Assembly (NCBI GenBank): GCA_963702425.1
Contig: CAVPCQ010000011.1
Coordinates: forward strand, 128,001-192,000
Source: an uncultured Acidobacteriota bacterium
GTDB taxonomy: Bacteria; Acidobacteriota; Polarisedimenticolia; J045
Direction: 5' to 3'
DNA: 64,000 nucleotides
Position 1 is the stretch's first letter. Each line of letters starts with the position of its first letter. Below are positions 54,968 to 64,000 of this stretch, piece after piece. A model generated the notes under the pieces. The model was not told the DNA's origin, ran no database searches, and worked only from the letters and a program-made list of their open reading frames with translations. A program made the position numbers and the translations under genes.

Positions 54968-56154
54968 AGGTGCGCGAGGATCGCGTCCGTCATCTGGCAC
55001 GTCGTCGCCGCACCGCGCTGGAACACGCCGGGTCCGCCGGTGAGGCGCAGCATGTCGTAGGTCCGAACCTTGCCTTCGCTGACCACGGCGGCCACGGCGG
55101 CCCGGACGCGCTTCCCCTTCCCCTCCTCGCCGACGTGATCGAGCAGCATCGCCGCGGAGAGGATCATCGCGATCGGGTTGACGATCGACGGGTCGAGCGC
55201 CTCGTACTTGGGCGCCGAGCCGTGGGTCGGCTCGAAGACCGCGACCTCATCGCCGATGTTGCCCGAGCAGGCGAAACCCAGCCCGCCGACGAGCCCGGCG
55301 AAGGCGTCGGAGATGATGTCGCCGAACAGGTTGCTGGCGACGATCACGCCGTACTCCTCGGGGTTCTTGGAGAGCCACATCAGCTGGGCGTCGATGTTGG
55401 TCGACCAGAGCGCGATCCCGGGGTAGTTCTTCGCGACCTCCTTCGCCACCTCCTCGAACATTCCGGAGGTCTCGCGCAGGACATTCGGCTTCTCGCAGAC
55501 CGTGACCGACTTGTAGCCGTGCTTCTTCGCGTAGCGGAATGCGGCGTCGACGATCCGCAGGCAGGCCTTGCGGGTGATGATCCGCAGCGAGACGGCCATC
55601 TCCTCGCCCGGCACCGCAGCGAACGGCTTCCACTTGGAGTGCATCGCGAAGGCCTCGCGCACCGCGGCCGGGGGGTTGGTCCACTCGACGCCAGCGTACA
55701 TTCCCTCCGTGTTCTGACGGAAGACGGGGACATCGACCCGCGGCTCCTCGATCGACCCGTCCGCGGTCTTGCGGACGTAGTTGAGCGGGTTGCCGGGGAA
55801 CGACTGGCAGGGGCGCAGGCAGATGTCGAGGCCGAAGCGCTGCCGCATCGCGACGATCGGGCTGAAGTACTGCAGTCCCTTGCCGCGCAGCGCCGGGGCG
55901 AGTTCCGCCTCGGCCTCCTTCTTGGGTTTGCTCGTGATCGCGCCGAACAGGCCGAGCCGGTGCTCGGCGAGCAGCGCGACGGTGCGCTCGGGGAGCGGGT
56001 TGCCCTCCGCGATCCAGGAGTCCCAGCCGATGTCGGCGTGGACGTAATCGGCCTCGAACCCCACCTTGTCGAGCACCCGGATCGCCTCCGGGAGCACCAC
56101 TTTCCCGATCCCGTCGCCGGGCATCGACACGACCGTTCGTTTCGCCATCGTCAT
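54964..56154 (-). CDS. Isocitrate/isopropylmalate/homoisocitrate dehydrogenase family protein
   Basis: PGDGIG, RQNTEG, KPNVL, NLFGDIISD, FEPTHGSAP, NPIAMILS. Confidence 0.92.
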   Translation of the reverse strand: MTMAKRTVVSMPGDGIGKVVLPEAIRVLDKVGFEADYVHADIGWDSWIAEGNPLPERTVALLAEHRLGLFGAITSKPKKEAEAELAPALRGKGLQYFSPIVAMRQRFGLDICLRPCQSFPGNPLNYVRKTADGSIEEPRVDVPVFRQNTEGMYAGVEWTNPPAAVREAFAMHSKWKPFAAVPGEEMAVSLRIITRKACLRIVDAAFRYAKKHGYKSVTVCEKPNVLRETSGMFEEVAKEVAKNYPGIALWSTNIDAQLMWLSKNPEEYGVIVASNLFGDIISDAFAGLVGGLGFACSGNIGDEVAVFEPTHGSAPKYEALDPSIVNPIAMILSAAMLLDHVGEEGKGKRVRAAVAAVVSEGKVRTYDMLRLTGGPGVFQRGAATTCQMTDAILAHL

Positions 56155-56162
56155 CCTCGTTC

Positions 56163-56188
56163 GGGCCGGCACGGAGGCCGGTCCCTAC
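56163..56188 (-). repeat. GTAG-family REP element
   Basis: Reverse complement GTAGGGACCGGCCTCCGTGCCGGCCC. Confidence 0.85.
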
Positions 56189-56215
56189 GTTTCGCGGGCC
56201 GGGCGGAGCCGGCCG

Positions 56216-58163
56216 TTACGCCAGGCCCAGCTTCCGGGCCACCATCTGCTCGATTCCTCCCGCGATCACCAGCGACTGCGGCACGCTGCCGAGCGCCGGG
56301 AACGCAAACGTCTCGCCGCGGAAACGGATCACGCCGTTTCGGTAGTCGATCTCCACCTCGTCGTCGGGCACGATCGTCCGCACGCGCTCCGCGATCTCGG
56401 GCCCGAACAGCTCCGCCAGGCGCCGGGGGAAGGCCGCGTTCTCGACGCAGGGAAAGCCGTTGTTGAACGCGTTGCGCAGGTAGGTCTGCGAGAAACTCCC
56501 GGCGACGACGACCGGGATCCCCTTGGCCTGCAGCGCGGTCACCGCCTGCTCGCGCGAACTCCCGGTGCCGAAGTTGAAGCCGCCGACGACGATGTCCCCG
56601 GGCCGCGTGCGCGCGGCGAACTCCGGGTCGTAGTTCTCCATCACCACCCCGGCCATCATCTCGCGCGTCATGTCCTCGCGATAGGTGTAGTCCTTGCCGT
56701 AGATCCCGTCGGTGTTGAGGTTGTCCTGGGGGACGTAGACCAGGCGGCCCCGGATCGCGGCGGGGAAACCGTCCAGGATCTCGACCGCCTCGGCCGGAGG
56801 CCCGTCGTCGGGAATCACGACGTAGTCGCGCGCGAGCGTGCCGCGCGGCATCTCGCCCGGCCCGCAGATGTACCCCGCCGCCGCGGAGGCCGCGACGACC
56901 GCCGGGCTGGCGAGGTAGCAGCGGGCGTCCCGCGATCCCATCCGCCCCTTGAAGTTGCGGTTGGTCGCCGAGATCCCGACCTCTCCCGGCTCGAGCAACC
57001 CCTCTCCCAGCCCGATGCACGGCCCGCACGACGGGGGCAGCGCCACGGCCCCGGCCTCGAGCAGGACTCTGCCAGTCCCCGGCGGCCTCGGCGACGCGCT
57101 GGACGGCTGCGCTGGCCGGGGCGACGTAGAGCGTCACGCCGCCGGCGACCTTCCTCCCCTTCAGCACGGCCGCGGCCGCCGCGAAGTCCTCGGCCCGGCC
57201 GTTCACGCACGACAGCAGGTAGGCCTTCTGCACGGTGACCCGCTTCGCCTCGATCTCGGCCAGCGGCGTGGTCACCTGCACCTGGTCGGGGCCGGCGACG
57301 AAGGGCCCGACCTCGGACAGGTCGAGCGTGATCTTCGCGGCGTAGACGGCGTCGGGGTCCGGCGCGGGCGGGCGCATCTCCCAGCGCCTCAGATCGTCAT
57401 CGGTGATCCGGCGGATCCCCTGCGCGGCCAGTTCCGCGGCGCGCGCGCCCAGGAAGGCGAGGGTGACGTCGTCGACCGGGAACCAGCCGACGAGGGCGCC
57501 CCACTCGGTCGTCATGTTGGAGATCGTCAACCGCGAGTCCATCGAGAGGCTGGCCACGCCCGGCCCGACGAACTCGACCGCCGCGTTGAGGACCTCTTCC
57601 CGGTTGTAGATCCCGCACAGCGCGAGGATCACGTCCTTGCCGGAGACTCCGGGCCGCAGCCGGCCGGTCAGGACGACCTGCACCGTCCGCGGCACCTGCC
57701 ACCAGAACTCACCCGTGGCCCAGATCGCCGCGGCGTCGGTGCGCACGACCGGGGTCCCGATCGCGCCCAGCGCGCCGTACATGTTGGAGTGCGAGTCGGA
57801 CGCCACGACCAGGCTGCCGGGCACGACGTAGCCGCGCTCGACCATCAGCTGGTGGCCGATGCCGGAGCCGGCCGGGTAGAAGTCGATCCCCTGCTCCTTC
57901 GCGAAGGCCTCGATCCGGCGGTACTTGCCGAGATTCTCGGGGGCCTGGTTCTGGATGTCGTGATCGAGCGTGAAGACCGGCTGCCGCGGGTCCCCGACCG
58001 TCTTCGCCCCGATCCCCTGGAACTTCTTCAGCACCGCGGCGGTGTTGTCGTGGGTCATCACGTGCCGCGGCCGGATCGACAGGAAATCCCCGGCGCGGAG
58101 CGGCCGGTCGGGCCCCTCCGCCATGTGCGCCTGCGCGATCTTCTCGACGATCGTCTGTCCCAT
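56216..58163 (-). CDS. Single-chain homoaconitase-like hydratase (LysF/Lys4 type); frameshift near 57070
   Basis: MTHDNT, ASDSHSNMYG, LSCVN, CGPCIG, TNRNFKGRMG; fused swivel domain NTDGIY...GSSREQA. Confidence 0.88.
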
Positions 58164-58184
58164 CGCTTCTCCTGCCCGGGCCCC

Positions 58185-58210
58185 GTAGGGGCCGGCCTCC
58201 GTGCCGGCCC
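58185..58210 (+). repeat. GTAG-family REP element
   Basis: GTAGGGGCCGGCCTCCGTGCCGGCCC. Confidence 0.85.
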
Positions 58211-58217
58211 GCCCGCG

Positions 58218-59612
58218 TTACCGGTCGGCCTTGCAGAGCGCCATCAGTTCGGCCACCGAGCCGGCGCACTCCAGGCTCCAGACCGCGTCCTTCAGCCGCT
58301 TGCGGGCCGCCGCGGTCATGACCGGCTCGGCCAGCGCGTCGAACTTCTCCTCGACCTCGGCGTCCGTCAACGGGTGCCGCGGATCGCCCTTCGGGTAGTC
58401 GAGCCGCTTTTCGAAGGTCCGCCCGTCGGTCGCGGTGATCTTCACGATCACGCGCTGCAGCCTCGGGAAGTCGGCCTCGATCTCCGGGTCGGCGACGACC
58501 TTCACCTTGTGCAGCTGCTCGCGGATCACGGGATCCATGATCTTGGCGTCCGTGAACTGCAGGGGCGTGACCTGGCGCTCGGCGACCGCCGCCGCGATCA
58601 CGTACGGGAGCGAGTGGTCGGCCGTCTCCTTGGTGCGCGGGTCGTACTTCGAGGGATCGGCCAGGATGTCGGCCGCGCGGGCCAACGAGCGGATGGCAAC
58701 CTCCTTCACCTGCTCCGGCGCGAGGTCGTTCTCCTTGACCAGCTCCAGCGTCGCCGAGATCGGCGCGTGGGTCAGCGCCTCGGTCGGGAAGGCCTTCATC
58801 CCGCAGCGCAGGATGCGCCACGAGGTGCCCAGCCCGTCGGTGAGGATCTCGAGCTTCCACTCCGGCCTCAGGCAGTGCGCGAGCCCCTCCTTGCCGTCGA
58901 TCACATGCTCGGGGCCGGAGTAGCCCTTCTCCGCCAGCAGCGCGGCCAGCACGCCGCTCTGCGTCGCCAGCGGGTCGACGGTGTTCTTCATCATGGTCAG
59001 CTTGCCGGCCGTCACCGCGCCGAGCGTGGCGTGGCGGCTCCCGGAGATCCCGATCGCGTGCTGGATCTGCTCCGGCGTCAACCCGAGCATCCGCCCGGCG
59101 ACGATCGGCGAGGCGAACGCGGTCAGCGTCGCGTGGTGCCAGCCGCGCTCGCGGATCCCGGGGAAAGCGCACTCGCAGAGCCGCATCTCGAACTCGTGCC
59201 CGAGCACGATCCCGACGATCAGCTCCCGGCCGTCGCCCCCGGCGCGCTCGGCGCAGGCCATCGCCGCCGGGATGATGTCCGACGGGTGCGACGGGTCCTG
59301 CTGCCAGTAAATGTCGTTGTAGTCCATGACCCGGACCATCAGGGCGTTGGCGAGCGAGGCCGAGACCGGGTCGATCCGCTGGCCGCTGCCGATGACCGTC
59401 GCGGAGCCAGAACCGGCGATCTCGTCGAGCACCGAGAGCGCGATCGTCACGTCGTGCTGACGGTAGCCGCCCAGCGCGCAACCGAGCGAGTCGAGCAGGT
59501 AGCGCTTGGCCTCGTGGACCGCGTCGGCGGCGATCTGCTCGTAGCGGAGGGAGGCGGCCCAGCGGGCCATCGTCGCGGTGATCGTCGCTCTGCCGGGGGT
59601 GGCATCGGCCAT
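58218..59612 (-). CDS. MmgE/PrpD family protein
   Basis: LLDSLGCALGG, RVMDYND...HPSD, ETADHSLPY, PKGDPRHPL. Start ATG 59612. Confidence 0.92.
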   Translation of the reverse strand: MADATPGRATITATMARWAASLRYEQIAADAVHEAKRYLLDSLGCALGGYRQHDVTIALSVLDEIAGSGSATVIGSGQRIDPVSASLANALMVRVMDYNDIYWQQDPSHPSDIIPAAMACAERAGGDGRELIVGIVLGHEFEMRLCECAFPGIRERGWHHATLTAFASPIVAGRMLGLTPEQIQHAIGISGSRHATLGAVTAGKLTMMKNTVDPLATQSGVLAALLAEKGYSGPEHVIDGKEGLAHCLRPEWKLEILTDGLGTSWRILRCGMKAFPTEALTHAPISATLELVKENDLAPEQVKEVAIRSLARAADILADPSKYDPRTKETADHSLPYVIAAAVAERQVTPLQFTDAKIMDPVIREQLHKVKVVADPEIEADFPRLQRVIVKITATDGRTFEKRLDYPKGDPRHPLTDAEVEEKFDALAEPVMTAAARKRLKDAVWSLECAGSVAELMALCKADR

Positions 59613-59618
59613 CGTGGA

Positions 59619-59760
59619 TCTCCGGGCCGGCGAGGAAGCCGGCCGTTCTAGGGCCGGCACGGAGGCCGGCCGTTCTCCGGGTCGGCACGGAGGCCGGCCA
59701 TTCTCCGGGCCGGCACGGAGGCCGGCCATTCTCCGGGCCGGCACGGAGGCCGGCCCCTAC
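59619..59760 (-). repeat. Tandem array of five ~28-bp REP-derived units
   Basis: Units of TCTCCGGGCCGGCACGGAGGCCGGCCRT; the last ends in CCCCTAC (GTAG tail) and units degenerate away from it. Confidence 0.9.
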
Positions 59761-59761
59761 G

Positions 59762-60296
59762 TCATCGTTTGAAGGGCTCGAAGCTCATGAAGTCGGCGTG
59801 GTGGACGATGAACGCCTCGGGGGTGCGCTTGACCATGATTCCCCTCGCCGGCGTGCGCGGCGATCACGTGGCAGACGGCGTCGGGCACCCCGCACTCCAT
59901 CGCGAGGGCCACGCCGGTGAACGGGTGACGCAGCAGTTCTCCGCGCGCGCTCTGCCGGGCCTTGCCGTCGATCTTCTCGTACTCGAGCAGCTTGCCGACG
60001 TCGGCGAGGATGGCCCCCGCGATCACGGTGTCCATCTCGATCGGCAGCGACCGGCCAAGGAACGCCTGCATCGCCTCTGCGGCGCGGCGAGCGATGTGCA
60101 CGACGCAACGCTTGTGCTCCATGAAGGTGACCGGACAATCGGGAACGAGCAGCGTAAACGGAATCTCCTCGAGATCCCGCGGCGCCAGCGGACTGAGCTC
60201 GAGAGCGCGGACCCAAGTTGCGAGCACCGCCTCGCGCAGCGCGGCGCCCTCGATCCAGTCGATCTCGGGCCACAGCTTCATTACGGCGTCGCGCAT
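59762..60296 (-). CDS. HD-domain protein (frameshift near 59840)
   Basis: MEHKRCV, GAILADVGKLLE (HD reads AD), LRHPFTG, IAAH; continues KRTPEAFIVHHADF...FKR*. Confidence 0.85.
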
Positions 60297-60445
60297 GACG
60301 GCCTCCGATGCGGCAGAGTTGCCGTGAGACTAGCATTGGAAGGGGGGGTTCGTCCATTGATCGTTTGGCATGCTGGCCTGTCAGGCGATTATTATTCGGC
60401 CACGCTGCCGCATCGCCAATGGCTCGCTCCCGTTAGAATCCCTCC

Positions 60446-61042
60446 ATGCACCGGCCCCGGAACGGCATTTTCGATCTCCTGGCTCCCGTTTACGATTGCC
60501 TTACGGGGAGTTATGGACTGGCCCGCCTGTTCGAGGCCCTCGAGCCGCTGGCGGGACTGACGCTCCTCGACCTCGGGGGCGGAACCGGACGCCTCGCCGC
60601 CCGCGGCGCGGCGCGCGGTGCGTCCGTCGTCGTCGCCGACGCCTCGTCGCCGATGCTGGCGCGCGCAGCCGGGAAGGGGCTCCCGGCGGTCCGGGCGCGA
60701 GCGGAACGGCTCCCGCTGGCAGACGGCACCTTCGACCGCGTCGCGATCGTGGATGCGTTCCATCACATGGGCGACCCTCCCGGGGTCGCGCGCGAGGTGG
60801 CCCGTGTGCTGCGACCGGGAGGACGCGCCGTCCTGTTCGAACCCGACCCCGAGCGGTTCGCCGGCCGCTGGGTGGCGCGCCTGGAACGGTGGGCTGGCAT
60901 GGGGAGCCTCATCCTTCCGGGCCCGGCGCTCGCGAGCCTGCTCTGCGACGCGGGGCTCGACGCGAAAGTGCGCCGTGCGCCGTTCCACCTGCTCGTCGTC
61001 GCGGCCAAGCGGGTCCCCGGGAACTCTTCCCCTTCCGGCTAG
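60446..61042 (+). CDS. Class I SAM-dependent methyltransferase
   Basis: LLDLGGGTG, AERLPLADGTFD, RVLRPGG. Confidence 0.9.
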   Translation: MHRPRNGIFDLLAPVYDCLTGSYGLARLFEALEPLAGLTLLDLGGGTGRLAARGAARGASVVVADASSPMLARAAGKGLPAVRARAERLPLADGTFDRVAIVDAFHHMGDPPGVAREVARVLRPGGRAVLFEPDPERFAGRWVARLERWAGMGSLILPGPALASLLCDAGLDAKVRRAPFHLLVVAAKRVPGNSSPSG

Positions 61043-61443
61043 CCCGCCACGAACGCCCCGCGGTGGTGGCGAATCCGGTAGCCGCCGGACGATGCGACGA
61101 CCGCCACGACGTCGAACCGGCAGCGCGCCAGCGGCATGTCCCGCCGCGAGAGCCAGGCGTCCGCGACGCGCGCCAGGCGGGCGCGCTTCCCGTGGTCGAT
61201 CGTCGCCTCCGGCGAGAAGCGGCTGCCGCGCCGCCGCGAGCGCACCTCGACGAAGACGATCTCGTCCCCCTCGCGCGCCACCAGGTCGAGTTCGCCGCCG
61301 GGCAGCCGGACGTTGCGCTCGAGGATCGTCAATCCGCTGGCGGTGAGATAGCGCGCCGCGATCGCCTCCGCCTCGCGTCCGCGCGCGCTCCGTTCGCGTG
61401 GCGGGGCAGCGCCGCGCGGAGATCCGGGTCCGGCTGCTGCCAT
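61039..61443 (-). CDS. YraN/UPF0102 family endonuclease
   Basis: GREAE..A..YL...ILERNVR..GELDLVA...VFVEVR...RFDVV. Confidence 0.9.
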   Translation of the reverse strand: MAAAGPGSPRGAAPPRERSARGREAEAIAARYLTASGLTILERNVRLPGGELDLVAREGDEIVFVEVRSRRRGSRFSPEATIDHGKRARLARVADAWLSRRDMPLARCRFDVVAVVASSGGYRIRHHRGAFVAG

Positions 61444-61532
61444 CGCGTCCTCCCTCGCGATGATCGGGGCGCGCGACCGCGCCCGCACGCTCCTGCCGGC
61501 CGGCTTCTCCCGCCGGCGGGATCGAGCCGGGC

Positions 61533-62939
<1,407 letters not shown>

Positions 62940-62961
62940 CCGGACACCATTCTGCCACCTC

Positions 62962-62996
62962 AAAAAGCGACGCGCCCCGGAGGGTCCCGGGGCGCG
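62962..62996 (-). terminator. Intrinsic terminator after the TonB-dependent receptor gene
   Basis: Minus strand CGCGCCCCGG-gaccct-CCGGGGCGCG followed by TCGCTTTTT. Confidence 0.75.
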
Positions 62997-63013
62997 AGCG
63001 AACGGAGCGACGC

Positions 63014-64000
63014 TCAGAAGTTCAGCTTGAACGCGACTTGGAACTGCCGGCCGAAACGCGAGGTGGCGATCGGCGTCTCGATGTTGCGCGTCTGGTTGGT
63101 GACCGGATCCTGCTGCTCGTTCCGGACGATCGCCTCGATGATCTCCGTGTTGTCGTTCAGCAGGTTGAACACGTCGAGCTGGAACGTGGCCGTCGCCGAA
63201 CGGATCGGGAACTCCTTCTGGAAGTTCACGTTGAGGTCCCAGAACGGCGAGTTCCGGAAGCTGTTGCGCTGGCCGGTGGGATAGACCGTGCGCGGCGTGG
63301 TGTACCAGACGATGACCGGACTGGGACCGACGCCGCCGGTCAGGTCGGTCGGGAAATCCAGCACGGTGCGTTGCTGGATCAGCGAGTAAGGGAGACCGGT
63401 CTCGTAGGAGATCGAGCTCCCGAGGCGGAACCCGCCCCAGTAGGGCACGAACACCCGGCCGTTGAACTTCACCACGTGCCGCTGATCGGTCGACAGCGGG
63501 CCTGCTTCGTCGTCGAGGGTCGTCGGGTCGTCGCCGAGGCCCAGGTTGAAATCCTCCGCCTGACCATAGGACTGTGACCAGGTGTAGGACATGCGCGCTT
63601 CCCAGTTCTGGAAGAAGCGCCGCTCGACCTCGAGGATGAAGGCCTGGTACGTCGCGTAGTTGTTGTTGTCGATGTCGTAGATGTTCGAGAAGGCCGGGCT
63701 CCACAGCTCGAGGTCCGCGATCCCGTCAAACGTAGTCACGAGCAGCCCGTCCTGGACCGCGAGCCCGCCGGTGCAGTCGGCGAATTTCCCGATGCGCCGG
63801 CAATTGCCCGCTTTGACATTCGCGCGCCTCAGCACATCCGGCGAGAGCTCGTCCCAGTAGACCGGGCGATGGTTCGCATCCACGTCCTGGAACAGGTCGA
63901 CGTACTTGCGGTTGACGTAGCGGACCTTCGCGGTCGTCTCCGGCGCGATCTCGCGCTCCACCGCCAGGGTCCACTCGTCATTCTTCTGCGAGCGGATGTC
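63014..64000 (-). CDS. TonB-dependent receptor (Oar-like), C-terminal part; the gene starts beyond the window
   Basis: SYTWS, DQRH, GLPYS, LDVFNLLN, C-terminal GRQFQVAFKLNF. Confidence 0.88.
   Translation of the reverse strand, partial: DIRSQKNDEWTLAVEREIAPETTAKVRYVNRKYVDLFQDVDANHRPVYWDELSPDVLRRANVKAGNCRRIGKFADCTGGLAVQDGLLVTTFDGIADLELWSPAFSNIYDIDNNNYATYQAFILEVERRFFQNWEARMSYTWSQSYGQAEDFNLGLGDDPTTLDDEAGPLSTDQRHVVKFNGRVFVPYWGGFRLGSSISYETGLPYSLIQQRTVLDFPTDLTGGVGPSPVIVWYTTPRTVYPTGQRNSFRNSPFWDLNVNFQKEFPIRSATATFQLDVFNLLNDNTEIIEAIVRNEQQDPVTNQTRNIETPIATSRFGRQFQVAFKLNF

Noticed and set aside
59619-59760. 28-bp palindromic repeats as a CRISPR array
   Set aside because: Units are directly adjacent with no unique spacers, no cas genes are nearby, and the unit matches the dispersed GTAG REP.

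Overview
High-GC (~70%) bacterial chromosomal window. The gene repertoire (Oar-type TonB receptor, DksA-finger/SpoIIE fusion, FG-GAP and amidohydrolase pairs) suggests Acidobacteriota, by inference only. Many single-base frameshifts, including in housekeeping genes, point to a long-read consensus with indel errors. The main candidate novel system is at ~3.1-11.2 kb. There, a sensor-less PrsK-like kinase and a PrsR-like sigma-54 activator precede a near-consensus sigma-54 promoter. That promoter drives a ~130-aa peptide with a leader-like N-terminus and seven KMPAK-based Ala/Lys repeats. Facing it is an operon encoding a 3xGAF-membrane-fusion protein and a PqqD/RRE-like-M50 peptidase-membrane-fusion protein. 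A third adaptor lies upstream, and no ABC or RND pump is present. This looks like a peptide processing and export system with no conventional transporter. Other contents: a fimT-pilV-pilW-pilX minor-pilin cassette with very large pilins; a SAM-I/IV-type riboswitch before metK; tRNA-Cys; zwf-pgl and tkt; a sulfate ABC operon with a CysA-USP fusion and a porin; nifU-nifS; a candidate toxin-antitoxin pair; an HD/PrpD/homoaconitase/dehydrogenase/CitDE/CitF cluster carrying GTAG REP elements; several internally deleted gene relics; cysS; and a partial TonB-dependent receptor.
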